Source: an uncultured Trueperaceae bacterium
GTDB taxonomy: Bacteria; Deinococcota; Deinococci; Deinococcales; Trueperaceae
NCBI GenBank assembly: GCA_963727505.1
Contig: CAVSGP010000004.1
Span: 96,001 to 160,000, forward strand
Reading direction: 5' to 3'
DNA length: 64,000 nucleotides
The first letter of the stretch is position 1. The number at the start of each line of letters is the position of its first letter. A program made the position numbers and the translations under genes. Below the pieces are notes generated by a model. That model ran no database searches. It worked only from the letters and a program-made list of their open reading frames with translations, and was not told where the DNA came from. Shown here in pieces: positions 11,557 through 21,373 of this stretch.

Positions 11557-13043
11557 GCTTCCACCCACTTTCCGGCGCGCTCGAGCGCGCGCTTCCAGTC
11601 GTGCAACAGCGCTTCGCGGCGGGCGCTCGTCATGGCGGGCTCGAAGCGCCTGTCCACCGTCCAATGACGGGTCAGCTCCGCCTGGCCCGACCAGAAGCCG
11701 ACCGCCAGCCCCGCCAGGTAGGCCGCGCCCAGCGCCGTCGTTTCCGTGATGGTCGGGCGTACCACCGGAACGGCGAGGATGTCGGCCTGCAGCTGCATCA
11801 ACAGATCGTTGCGGGCCGCTCCCCCGTCGACGCGGAGCTCGCGGATCGGCGCTCCGCTGTCGGACTGCATGGCCTCGACGACGTCGGCCACCTGGAACGC
11901 GATCGCCTCCAGGGCGGCCCGCGCGAGGTGGCCGGCGCTGCTACCGCGTGTGAGCCCGACCACGGTGCCCCGCGCGTAGGCGTCCCAGTGCGGCGCCCCC
12001 AGGCCCGCGAAGGCGGGTACCAGGTAGACACCCCCGTTGTCGGGAACGCTGCCCGCGAGCGCCTCGATCTCCGAAGTCGAGCGGATCAGCCCCAGCCCGT
12101 CGCGCAGCCACTGCACCACCGCTCCCGCCATGAAGATGCTTCCCTCCAGGGCGTAGTCGAGCGAGCCGCCCACGTCCCAGGCAACGGTCGTGAGCAGGCG
12201 GTTGGCCGAACGCGTCGGCTCGGAACCGGTGTTGAGCACGAGGAAGCAACCGGTTCCGTAGGTGTTCTTGACCTGCCCCTTCTCGAAGCAGGTCTGGCCG
12301 AACGTCGCCGCCTGCTGGTCGCCGGCCATGCCGGCCAGCGGAACGCCAGCCAGGCCGCCTTCGCGGATGGTGCCGTAGATCTCGGAACAGGAACGCACCT
12401 CCGGCATCATGCCGCGCGGGATGTGCAGGCGCTCCAGCAGGACATCGTCCCAGTCCCGCTCATGGATGTTGAAGAGCATGGTTCGACTCGCATTGGAGAT
12501 GTCGGTGATATGGAGCTCGCCGCCGCTCAGGCGCGCAGCCAGCCAGCTGTCGACCGTGCCGAAGGCGACTTCACCTCGCTCGGCGCGCTCGCGAAGGCCG
12601 TCCACGTTCTCCAGCAGCCAGGCGAGTTTGCTCCCGGAGAAGTAGGCGTCGAGCACCAGGCCGGTTCGCGACTGTACCTCGCCCTCGAAGCCGTCGGCGC
12701 GAAGGTCGTCGATGAAACCGGCGGTCCTTCGGTCTTGCCACACGATGGCGTTGTGCAAGGGCTGCAGCGTCTTCCTGTCCCACACGATGGTGGTCTCGCG
12801 CTGGTTGGTGATCCCGGCAGCAGCGACGTCCTCGCCGCGGATGCCGGCGCGCGCCAGCACCTCGCCGACCACGGCAGCCTGCGACGACCAGATCTCGGTG
12901 GGGTCGTGCTCCACCCAGCCCGGACGAGGGTAGATCTGCTCGAACTCCCGCTGCGCAAGCGCGCGGATGGTCCCGGCGCGGTCGAACAGGATCGCGCGCG
13001 AGCTGGTGGTTCCCTGATCCAGCGCAACAACGAATTCGGGCAC
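11553..13043 (-). CDS. glpK: Glycerol kinase
   Basis: [34 protein letters not shown]. Confidence 0.97.
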   Translation of the reverse strand: MPEFVVALDQGTTSSRAILFDRAGTIRALAQREFEQIYPRPGWVEHDPTEIWSSQAAVVGEVLARAGIRGEDVAAAGITNQRETTIVWDRKTLQPLHNAIVWQDRRTAGFIDDLRADGFEGEVQSRTGLVLDAYFSGSKLAWLLENVDGLRERAERGEVAFGTVDSWLAARLSGGELHITDISNASRTMLFNIHERDWDDVLLERLHIPRGMMPEVRSCSEIYGTIREGGLAGVPLAGMAGDQQAATFGQTCFEKGQVKNTYGTGCFLVLNTGSEPTRSANRLLTTVAWDVGGSLDYALEGSIFMAGAVVQWLRDGLGLIRSTSEIEALAGSVPDNGGVYLVPAFAGLGAPHWDAYARGTVVGLTRGSSAGHLARAALEAIAFQVADVVEAMQSDSGAPIRELRVDGGAARNDLLMQLQADILAVPVVRPTITETTALGAAYLAGLAVGFWSGQAELTRHWTVDRRFEPAMTSARREALLHDWKRALERAGKWVEA

Positions 13044-13120
13044 CGTTCACCTCCAGGGCGGTACGCCGCCTGCGGCCGCGCGCGCCGCCCCGTGCGCGCG
13101 GCGGGCTTCGTCGATCACCT

Positions 13121-13576
13121 TCAGGCGCCCAGCAGGTCCCGCAACCGCAAACGCGCGTAGTCGCGGTCACCGTCCAGGGCCCGCTCGAGAGCTTCCTGCC
13201 GCCGCGGTAGAAGGCGGCCGCGACCGTGGACCCGGGACTCGTGGCGCCCCACGCCGAAGCGTTCCAGGAACGTTTCGGTGATCGCCTGCGTCGGCAACGC
13301 GCGCGTCGAGAACGCCTCGAGCGAGAGCTTGTGCAGCGACGGGAAGGCGTGCAGGCATACGTGCGCCTCCGCCCCGACGAGCGCCGCGCTGATCCCACCG
13401 CCGCCGTCACTTGCGTAACGGACCCGTACGGGTCCGGCGCCGGCTTCACCCATCAGGTCGAGGATGGCTTCGAGAGCCGCCACGATCCGCGCCTCCTCGG
13501 CGAGCAGCGCGCCGTCGGCGCGGAAACCGTCGAGGATCAGGTGGGTGCCGTATCCGAGGGTGTCGTATGCGTTCAC
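13121..13576 (-). CDS. S-adenosylmethionine decarboxylase (SpeD/SpeH)-like protein lacking the pyruvoyl-forming Ser
   Basis: GTHLILDG N-terminus; GISAALVGAEAHVCLHAFP aligns with the GxSgvvxxaESHisiHTwP motif. Confidence 0.75.
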   Translation of the reverse strand: MNAYDTLGYGTHLILDGFRADGALLAEEARIVAALEAILDLMGEAGAGPVRVRYASDGGGGISAALVGAEAHVCLHAFPSLHKLSLEAFSTRALPTQAITETFLERFGVGRHESRVHGRGRLLPRRQEALERALDGDRDYARLRLRDLLGA

Positions 13577-13639
13577 CGCGCCCAGCCTACCACGCGGCGC
13601 TCTCCGGGCAGGAGGCAAAAGGCCCGGCTCAGACGGGAT

Positions 13640-14947
13640 TCACGGGGTTCCCGAGGGCGTGGCGGCGGTGATCGATGCGACCGCTCCCCGCAGCGCGGCC
13701 GCGACGTCGCTGTCCGGCGAAGCGAGGATGGCGGTGAGCGCCCGGTCCATCGGTCCCCACACCGTGCCCATGGCGGGGGCGTTGGGGATCGCCTGGGCGT
13801 CGGCCAGCGCTGCACCGAATCCGGCGAGCACGGCGTTGTCCTGCACCTTCGCGAGCGCGGCGTTCGATGCCGGCACGAGGCCCGCGCGCCTCGCGAGCGC
13901 GGCCTGAGCGTCCGCGGTGGTGAGCCACTTGGCGAGGTTCGCTGCCGCCACCGGGTCGGAGCTGTAGTGGTTCAGCAGCACCCCGTCGACGTTCATGAAG
14001 CCGCTGAAGGGCGTTCCGTCGGCCAGCGGGGGCATCGGCGCGACGGCGATCGGGATTCCCGCGGCGCGCATCGCCGGAACCGCCCACGGTCCGTCGAAGG
14101 TCATGGCGAGCTTGCCGTCCAGGAACAGCTTGCGCATCGACGCGTAGTCGCTCCCCGCAGGCACCAGCCCGTCGTCGAAGCGCAGCGCCTTCAGGGCGCG
14201 AGCGCCCGCGATCGCCGCGGTGCCGGCGAGCTCGATCTGGCCGGGGTCGACCGCGCCGCCGGGCGTGCCGCCGAACACGGAGCCGCCGAAGGTGTGGAGC
14301 CAGGCGTAGCTGTAGTAGAAGTTTGCGATGTCGAAGGCGAACCCGTACCGCCCGTTGCCGGTGAGCGACTTGGCGAGCGCCAGCAGCTCGGGGTAGCTCG
14401 AGGGCGTGTGCGGAACCAGGTCGGTGTTGACGATGAGGGCGGGTCCCTGCACCGACAGTGGCAGCCCGTAGAGCGTGCCGTGGTAGCGGAAGGCGCGCTG
14501 CGCCTGGTCGCTCAGGTCCGCAAGGTAACGGGGCGTGGCGAAGCTCCCGACGTCGGCCAGGATGCCGGCATCGGCCAGCGCCGAGAACTGGTCCTGCGGG
14601 ACACCCACGAAGACGTCGGCAGCACCGCCCTTGGCCGCTTCGGTCATGGCGTTCTGCTTGATCTCACCGAGCTTGCGCGCCACGACCTTCACCGGCTTGC
14701 CGAAAGCCTGCTGGTAGGTGGTCGCCTCGCTCTGGAGCCAGGCGAACGCCGGGCCCTGGTACGTGGTCCACACCGTCACTCCCTGCGCCGCGGCGGCGCC
14801 GGACAGGATGCCGAGCAGCGCCAGCACCACCAGCGTTCGGCCGGGCAGGGCCAGGCGCTCGAACCGCCCATGTCGAGGACGGGTCATGGAACGCGGCGTA
14901 CGAGGACGGGACGCCGGGAGAGGGAAGGGGGGCGGGAACGTGCTCAC
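13640..14947 (-). CDS. Sugar ABC transporter substrate-binding protein (MalE/maltodextrin-like), no adjacent permease
   Basis: Signal-like hydrophobic stretch, LYGLPLSV, FLDGKLAMTFDGPW, IPNAPAMGTVW; leaderless GTG (TAGGCT 6 nt upstream). Confidence 0.85.
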   Translation of the reverse strand: MSTFPPPFPLPASRPRTPRSMTRPRHGRFERLALPGRTLVVLALLGILSGAAAAQGVTVWTTYQGPAFAWLQSEATTYQQAFGKPVKVVARKLGEIKQNAMTEAAKGGAADVFVGVPQDQFSALADAGILADVGSFATPRYLADLSDQAQRAFRYHGTLYGLPLSVQGPALIVNTDLVPHTPSSYPELLALAKSLTGNGRYGFAFDIANFYYSYAWLHTFGGSVFGGTPGGAVDPGQIELAGTAAIAGARALKALRFDDGLVPAGSDYASMRKLFLDGKLAMTFDGPWAVPAMRAAGIPIAVAPMPPLADGTPFSGFMNVDGVLLNHYSSDPVAAANLAKWLTTADAQAALARRAGLVPASNAALAKVQDNAVLAGFGAALADAQAIPNAPAMGTVWGPMDRALTAILASPDSDVAAALRGAVASITAATPSGTP

Positions 14948-15019
14948 GCGTCCAGCCTAGCCCGCGAGCCCGCGGCAGCGCGCCTCGCCACCGTGGTCGT
15001 TGCCCCGGACCCGTCGCCC

Positions 15020-16198
15020 TCAGAGCGCCGTCCGCTCGGTCGCGCGGGCCTGTCGCAGGGCCGTGCGCCGGTCCCGCTCGGGCCCCGCTAGCCGGTAGCG
15101 TCCTGCGAGCGTACGCACCACCGCGCCGCGCATCTCGAGCGTGGTGAGGCCGGCGAGCGCCTCGGCCACGGACGTCTCCGCAGCCGCCGAGACCTCGTCG
15201 ACCGTGGCCTCCTCGACGTCGTACAGGGCCACGAGCAACCGATCCTGCCGACGCCCGCGAGCCGGCGACGCGGCAGCGCGTTGCCCTTCGGGTGCGCCCG
15301 GTTCGGCGCGGAAGCGGAACAGCACGTCCTCGTGCTCGGTGAACAGCAGCGCGCCGTCCCGGATCAGGCACAGCGTCCCGGCGACGGTGGGATCTCCGGG
15401 GCGGCCGGGACAGGCGAAGACGTCGCGATGCTGCCTACGGGCGTGCTCGGCGGTACTGTTCGCGCCCGAACGCAGGCCCGCCTCCACCACCACGACGAGC
15501 CGTGACAGGCCACTGATGAGCCGATTGCGCTCCGGAAAGCGGTGCGGTTCGGGCCGGACCTCCGGTGGGTGCTCACTGAGGACAGCGCCGCCCGAACGCA
15601 CGATGCGGCGCGCCAGGGACCGGTGCGAGGGCGGGTGCAGGTAACCGTGCCCACCACCGAGCACCGCCACGGTCGGGCCCCCGCCATCCAGGGCCCCCTC
15701 GTGGGCGGCGCCATCGATCCCCAACGCGAGCCCGGAGACGACCGTGACGTCGAGCGCCGCCAGCGAGGCGGCCAGCTCACGTGCCAGCGCCAGGCCGCGC
15801 CCCGTCGGACGGCGCGTGCCGACGATCGCGGCGGCGCGCACCCGGCGCGCGGGCCGCGACAGCCCCGCGGGAAGCGTTCCCCGCACGTAGAGCACGGCCG
15901 GCGGCGCCTCGTTGTCGAGCCATAGTGGCGCGGGGTAGCGCGGATCGTCCCAGCACACGACGTCGATGCCCGCGGCCCGGAGGCTGCCGACGCGCTGCGC
16001 AGCGGAACGGAGGTCGAGGCGGCCGGGCACCTGGTGGAAGAGACCTCGCGGGAAGCGCGCCGGAGGATCGGCACCCTGGAGCGCCGCCTCGATGCCGGCG
16101 GCCACAGTGCCGAAGGCGTCGCGAAGCTGCAGCAGGCGGCCGGCGCCGAAGCCGTCGGCCGCGAGGGCAGCGAGCGTGAGCACGGCGGGATCGGCCAT
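15020..16198 (-). CDS. dprA: DNA-protecting protein DprA
   Basis: AIVGTRRPT, VVSGLALGIDGAAH, FPERNRLISGLS, VEAGLRSGA, C-terminal winged helix. Confidence 0.95.
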   Translation of the reverse strand: MADPAVLTLAALAADGFGAGRLLQLRDAFGTVAAGIEAALQGADPPARFPRGLFHQVPGRLDLRSAAQRVGSLRAAGIDVVCWDDPRYPAPLWLDNEAPPAVLYVRGTLPAGLSRPARRVRAAAIVGTRRPTGRGLALARELAASLAALDVTVVSGLALGIDGAAHEGALDGGGPTVAVLGGGHGYLHPPSHRSLARRIVRSGGAVLSEHPPEVRPEPHRFPERNRLISGLSRLVVVVEAGLRSGANSTAEHARRQHRDVFACPGRPGDPTVAGTLCLIRDGALLFTEHEDVLFRFRAEPGAPEGQRAAASPARGRRQDRLLVALYDVEEATVDEVSAAAETSVAEALAGLTTLEMRGAVVRTLAGRYRLAGPERDRRTALRQARATERTAL

Positions 16199-16302
16199 GC
16201 ACCATGCTGCTCCGTCGTCTACGGGCGGGCTGCTCGCGGGTCGACCGGCGCCGGGGCAGGGTAGGCACCGGCCGGCGCATGCCAGGCGGAGGGCAGGCCG
16301 CC

Positions 16303-17721
16303 TCAGGCCAGCTTCCAGCGGCTCCCCTCGGGGGTGTCCTCGACCTCGATGCCCAACGCCTCGAGGCTTGCTCGCATGCCGTCGGCGGTATCGAAATCGC
16401 GACGGGCGCGCGCACGTTGGCGCTCCTCGAGGAGCATACCGACCAGTCCATCCATCACGTCGCGCGCCTGCCCCGCCGCCGCAGGCTCGGCGGGGATGCC
16501 CAGTACACCGTCCAGCAGGTCGTCGAAGAAGCTGCGCGCAGCTGCGCGGTAGGCTTCCGTCGCGCCCTGCTCGATGCGGCGGTTGACCTCGCGGGCCCCG
16601 TCGAAGAGCACGGCCAGTGCCTGCGGCGTGTTGAGGTCGTCGTCCATCGCCTGGGCGAAGCGCGCACGTAGGCCGTCGAAGGCGCCCGCATCGCGCTCGC
16701 CGTTGGCGCTCTCGGCGACCTGACGGTAGGCGTCGCGCAGGCGCTTCAGGCCCTGAGCCGACGCCATCAGGCTCTCGTCCGAAAAGTCGGAGACGCTGCG
16801 GTAGTGCGAGCGCAACAGGTGGAACCGGATGGCCACGGGGTCGTAGCGCTCGAAGAGCTGCGAGAGGGTCACGAAGTGGTTCTTCGACTTGGCCATCTTC
16901 TCGCCCTCGAGCGTGATCATGTTCCAGTGCAGCCACACCCTGGCGAACGGCTTGCCGGCCGCACGAGCCTGCGCCAGCTCGCACTCGTGGTGCGGGAAGA
17001 TCAGATCGAGCCCGCCGCCGTGGATATCGAACTCGTCGCCGAGGTACTTCGTGCTCATCACCGAGCACTCGATGTGCCAGCCCGGGAAGCCCTCGCCCCA
17101 GGGGCTCGGCCAGCGCATGATGTGCCCTTCCTCCGCCTTCTTCCACAACGCGAAGTCGCGCGGATCGTCCTTGTCGGAGCGCACCTCGACGCGCGTGCCC
17201 TCCATCAACTCGTCCGGGTCGCGACCGGAGAGCTCGCCGTAGGGCTCGAACGCCGAGACGTCGAAGTAGACGTTGCCGTCCTTCCGATACGCGAAGCCCC
17301 GGTCGAGCAGGGTACGGGTGAGCTCGATCTGCTCGATGATGTGCCCGGAGGCCCGGGGGACCACGTCCGGACGCCGTACGTTCAGGCGAGCCATGGCGTC
17401 GAAATAGGCCCAGAAGTACTTCTCGGCGACCTCCATGGGCTCGAGCCGCTCGAGCTGCGCGCGCTTCTGGAGCTTGTCCTCGCCTTCCTCGACGTCGGAC
17501 AGGTGGCCGACATCGGTCACGTTGGACACGAAGCGCGCGCGGTAGCCGCTGTGCTCGAGCCAGCGCCGCAGCACGTCGAACACGATCGGCCCGCGGGCGT
17601 GTCCCAGGTGCGGTTCGGAGTAGACGGTGGGACCGCACATGTAGATGCCGACCCGACCGGGAACCACCGGCTCGAAGACTTCCTTGTTGCGGGTGAGGCT
17701 GTTGTAGAACTCAAGTGCCAT
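16303..17721 (-). CDS. cysS: Cysteine--tRNA ligase
   Basis: [30 protein letters not shown]. Confidence 0.98.
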   Translation of the reverse strand: MALEFYNSLTRNKEVFEPVVPGRVGIYMCGPTVYSEPHLGHARGPIVFDVLRRWLEHSGYRARFVSNVTDVGHLSDVEEGEDKLQKRAQLERLEPMEVAEKYFWAYFDAMARLNVRRPDVVPRASGHIIEQIELTRTLLDRGFAYRKDGNVYFDVSAFEPYGELSGRDPDELMEGTRVEVRSDKDDPRDFALWKKAEEGHIMRWPSPWGEGFPGWHIECSVMSTKYLGDEFDIHGGGLDLIFPHHECELAQARAAGKPFARVWLHWNMITLEGEKMAKSKNHFVTLSQLFERYDPVAIRFHLLRSHYRSVSDFSDESLMASAQGLKRLRDAYRQVAESANGERDAGAFDGLRARFAQAMDDDLNTPQALAVLFDGAREVNRRIEQGATEAYRAAARSFFDDLLDGVLGIPAEPAAAGQARDVMDGLVGMLLEERQRARARRDFDTADGMRASLEALGIEVEDTPEGSRWKLA

Positions 17722-17790
17722 GGCACTCCTCGCACGAGAGCGGGCAGAAGCGCGCCCGCGAACACTCTGGACTGTTGAAGGGACCGAGGA

Positions 17791-17847
17791 TCAGGCGGTG
17801 CAACGCAGACATCGCGGCAAGTGGAGCTTCGTCACCGGCGTCAGCAT
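17791..17847 (-). CDS. Putative leaderless cysS leader peptide MLTPVTKLHLPRCLRCTA
   Basis: TG-C-TACACT (17855-17860) 7 nt upstream of ATG; two Cys codons near the stop. Confidence 0.6.
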   Translation of the reverse strand: MLTPVTKLHLPRCLRCTA

Positions 17848-17900
17848 GGAGCCGAGTGTAGCACGGGTCCGCGCCGCTTCGAAGGGTAGACTGATCCGCC

Positions 17901-18524
17901 GTGGGTTACCGGACGTTGCGACGCGCAGGCGAGCACGAGGACGAGGTCATGGGATCACGCTTCCTGGCCACGGTTGCGCCCGTCGCCAACGCCGCGGAAG
18001 CCCTTGCGTTGCTGGCGGCGCAACGCGCCGCGCACCCCGACGCCAGCCACCACTGCTGGGCCTACCGGGTGGGCGACGAGCAGCGCTTCTCCGACGACGG
18101 CGAACCGGGCGGCACCGCCGGCCGCCCGATGCTCGAAGTGTTCCTCAAGCGCGACCTCGATCGCGTGGCGGCCGTCGTGGTGCGCTACTTCGGTGGACGC
18201 AAGCTGGGCGCCGGCGGCCTGGTCAGGGCGTACGGCGGCGCCGTTGCGCGGGCCGTCCGAACGGCCGGCGAACGCGACGTTGCGTCGACCGTCGCGCTGG
18301 TGGTCCACGCGCCGTTCGCGTACGTCGATGCCGTGTTGCGGGAACTCGACGCGCTTCCCGAGGTCCGACGTCGGGATCCTGCCTTCGAGCCCGACGGCGT
18401 GCGCGTGGCCCTGACGGTCCCTCAGGAGCGCGCGGCTGCGCTGGAACGAAGGCTGGCGGAACTCACCCGCGGCGGAGCGCGTTGCGATGTCGCGGACGGC
18501 GGGCCGGAACCGCGGGAGCCATGA
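17901..18524 (+). CDS. yigZ: YigZ/IMPACT family protein
   Basis: ASHHCWAY, SDDGEPGGTAGRP, VVRYFGGRKLGAGGLVRAY. Confidence 0.93.
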   Translation: MGYRTLRRAGEHEDEVMGSRFLATVAPVANAAEALALLAAQRAAHPDASHHCWAYRVGDEQRFSDDGEPGGTAGRPMLEVFLKRDLDRVAAVVVRYFGGRKLGAGGLVRAYGGAVARAVRTAGERDVASTVALVVHAPFAYVDAVLRELDALPEVRRRDPAFEPDGVRVALTVPQERAAALERRLAELTRGGARCDVADGGPEPREP

Positions 18525-18602
18525 CGGCCGAAGCGTGTTTCATGGGCGCCTGCTGAAGCGGCCGCTACCCAACTGGGGCGTCGCCGGTGGCAGCATGGGA
18601 GT

Positions 18603-19217
18603 GTGAGGCACTCCCGCATCCGCACCCTGACCCTGGCCCTCGCGGCCCTGGCGCTGACGCTCGTCGCCTGCGCTCCCGCCATCGCTCCCGGCACCCAGCC
18701 GCTGGTCGCCGTGCTCAACGGGCCCGCCAACGGCCGCATCACCGGCAGCGCCCAGCTCCTCGAGACCGAGATGGGCGTGCAGGGGCCGCTTCCGTTCGCT
18801 TTCGTCAGCGACGCCGCGATGCGCTTCGCGGAGGGTCACAACGACCTCTTCTACGACCGTGCCGTCCCCGCCGCCGCGCGCATCGCCCGCAGCTACGGAG
18901 CCCCCTATGCCGTTCTGATCGGCGCTCCCACCATGACGCGGGACGTGACGGTGTCGAAAGACGGGAGCGCCCGCCGGGTGCACGTCACGTTGCGGATGGA
19001 GGCACGGGTCGTCGACGCCTCGTCGGGCGCGGTTCTGGCCCAGTTCGAGTCCCCGCTGATGCAGCGTGCGCGACAGGAGAGCACAGCCGACGCGCTACCC
19101 GCACTGCAGCACGATCCAGACGTGCAGGCGCTTCGCGACCAGGGCGTGCGCGACGTGGCTCCGGCCGTGGTCGGCGCCGTGAGGCACGCATTGCAGGTGC
19201 GCGCAGGCGGGTCTTGA
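18603..19217 (+). CDS. Hypothetical lipoprotein
   Basis: Signal peptide with LVAC lipobox. Confidence 0.75.
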   Translation: MRHSRIRTLTLALAALALTLVACAPAIAPGTQPLVAVLNGPANGRITGSAQLLETEMGVQGPLPFAFVSDAAMRFAEGHNDLFYDRAVPAAARIARSYGAPYAVLIGAPTMTRDVTVSKDGSARRVHVTLRMEARVVDASSGAVLAQFESPLMQRARQESTADALPALQHDPDVQALRDQGVRDVAPAVVGAVRHALQVRAGGS

Positions 19218-19235
19218 GGCGAAGAACGCTGCGAC

Positions 19236-20726
19236 TCAACGGAAGTAACGACGGATGACCTCCTGGTACTCGAGCGGCACATCCCCTTCGGTGAGCGCCT
19301 GCTCTGCGGCCCGCCGGTAGCTTTCCATCGACGTGCCGGGGGGCAGCGTGACATCCGTGGATCCCGGAAGCCGAAGGGAGCCGCTGGCACTCTGCTCGCC
19401 CGGGCGCAGCTCTCCGGGGAGGAACTGCGGAGCCTGCCCCGCACCCTGGGCGGCGGGACCGCTGGGGCCGGCGGTACCGGGCTGATTGCCGCCGGTGCCC
19501 GAGCCCTCGCCGTTCTGGGCGCCGGGGAGGGTCCCGCCGTCGGCGGGGCCGGGCTGGGGCTGTCCGGCGGACGTGCCCGACGCGCCGCCTCCCTCGGCCT
19601 GTGAACCCTGGGCGGCGCCCTGCTGAGAACTCGGGCCCGAGCCAGCACCGCCGTCCGGCTGCCGTCCCTGTCCGTCCGACGCTCCGTTCGCACCCGACGG
19701 CGGGGGTCCGGAGCCGGTCGGTGGGGCGGGGGAAGCCGCGCCCTCCGGCGGCGACGCGCCCGCGGGCGCCTGCGAAGCCCCGGCACCACTGCCGTTGGAC
19801 CCCGACGCTGCTCCGCTCGTGTCCCGTCCCGGCGCGGCACCCTGGGACGGCACTCCGCTCGAGGCAGTGCCTGTTCCGCCCGCGGCACCGCTGCCCGTAG
19901 CGTTACTGCCGGCGGTGCCGCTCCGGGACGCGCCGGAGGTCGGCGTGCCAGGGGCTGCGGAACCGTCGCTCGGTGCGCCGTCGGTCGCCGGCCCCGCCGG
20001 ACCCGACGGCGCGGCGCCGGTCGGCGTCGACGGCTGCAGCGTCTGCAGGTAGTTCGACAGCACCTGCTGGTCGCTGGCCCGTCCCCCCGAACCTGCGGCC
20101 GCCGATGCGTCGGAGGCGTTGCTCGACGAGCTGCCGTTGTCCGCGGCCTGTGCGCGTTGCGGTGCGCTCGGGGGCGGTGGCGGAGCGCTCGAAGGCGTCG
20201 GTCGCTCCGGTGCTCCGGCCTGCGGCGGGGCTTCCTGCGTGGGGTTCCCCGACGCGCCCGTCAGCGGTACCGGTCGACTCGCCAGAGGGAACAACAACAG
20301 CGCCAACGCGGCCGCCAGCAGCGGCAGCCACCACGCCGGCAGATCAGGCGGCCTCACGTCTCGAACGCTGTCCACGGCACGGGCCCGGACGGCTTCCGCG
20401 AAGGTGGCGCCCTCGGACCCGGCATCGATCTCGAGGGCGGTCTCGTAGCTCAGCCCGGCGCGCTCCCGGATGTAGCGCAGGGCCCGCACTCGGTGGTCGC
20501 CGACGGGCAACACAGCGCCGACGAAGAAGGCGCCGAGCAGGACGGCCCCTTGCAACCACGGAACTGCCCCGGCGGCGGCGGAGACCAGCGACGCCAGCAG
20601 AGCGGCCGCGCTGCCACGCAGCAGCCGGACGCTCCAGGCGTTCCGGGCGGCGATGCGCACGTGCAACGCGAAGGTCTGCTCCACGGTGGGGCGGCTCGTC
20701 CGTTGGCGTCGGCTCGGATGGATCAT
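19236..20726 (-). CDS. Membrane protein with long G/S/A/P low-complexity linker and ordered C-terminal tail (VPLEYQEVIRRYF)
   Basis: N-terminal TM segments; tail resembles proteins found in MoxR/vWA-associated operons. Confidence 0.65.
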   Translation of the reverse strand: MIHPSRRQRTSRPTVEQTFALHVRIAARNAWSVRLLRGSAAALLASLVSAAAGAVPWLQGAVLLGAFFVGAVLPVGDHRVRALRYIRERAGLSYETALEIDAGSEGATFAEAVRARAVDSVRDVRPPDLPAWWLPLLAAALALLLFPLASRPVPLTGASGNPTQEAPPQAGAPERPTPSSAPPPPPSAPQRAQAADNGSSSSNASDASAAAGSGGRASDQQVLSNYLQTLQPSTPTGAAPSGPAGPATDGAPSDGSAAPGTPTSGASRSGTAGSNATGSGAAGGTGTASSGVPSQGAAPGRDTSGAASGSNGSGAGASQAPAGASPPEGAASPAPPTGSGPPPSGANGASDGQGRQPDGGAGSGPSSQQGAAQGSQAEGGGASGTSAGQPQPGPADGGTLPGAQNGEGSGTGGNQPGTAGPSGPAAQGAGQAPQFLPGELRPGEQSASGSLRLPGSTDVTLPPGTSMESYRRAAEQALTEGDVPLEYQEVIRRYFR

Positions 20727-21373
20727 GCGGCGTCCTTCGCGTCCCCTTCACGGCGGCGCGCGTCCTTCGCCGGGCGCGCGAGCCACCCGGCCGTTGCCGC
20801 CGCCAGAACGACCATGGCTGTGACGTGAACGGCGGATACGTGCAGTGCAGCTGTCAGCGGGTTGAAGACGTCGATGCCGAAGCGCACCTCGGCCCAGATG
20901 CCGGCCACGACCACACCCGGTACCAGCAACGGGAGCAGGGCCCCGATCCGCGCCCAGACAGCCGCGCGACCGAGCGCCAGCCCGACGCCGAAGTACGCCA
21001 GCGTCTCCGGGAAGGGGAGAAGACTCGACCACCACCACGGAACGGCCGGGTAACTGGCCGCGTAGCTGGCGACATCGAAGGGAGCGGAGAGCCCCACGAA
21101 CATGAGCAGCGCGCCCGCCGTGGCACGCCGGGTGCCCGTGCTCGCACCGCTCTCGGCCGCCCCGTACCCCAGCGCGGCCAGCGACAAGAGCACCATCCGC
21201 GCCTGAGCGAGTGCGAACCAGGCCTCGTTGCTGCCACCGGCGCTGGGCCAGCGCACGGCCAGCACGAAGAGCTGGGCCGCCAGGAACAGCGCCAGCGCCT
21301 GCAACATGTCGGCGCTTCGGAGCCTGTCCGCAACACGAGCGAACGCCCCCACACCCAGCCGAGCGCGGCTCAA
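20723..21373 (-). CDS. Hypothetical multi-pass membrane protein
   Basis: Several hydrophobic helices; TTGA and ATGA overlaps with neighbours. Confidence 0.65.
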   Translation of the reverse strand: MSRARLGVGAFARVADRLRSADMLQALALFLAAQLFVLAVRWPSAGGSNEAWFALAQARMVLLSLAALGYGAAESGASTGTRRATAGALLMFVGLSAPFDVASYAASYPAVPWWWSSLLPFPETLAYFGVGLALGRAAVWARIGALLPLLVPGVVVAGIWAEVRFGIDVFNPLTAALHVSAVHVTAMVVLAAATAGWLARPAKDARRREGDAKDAA

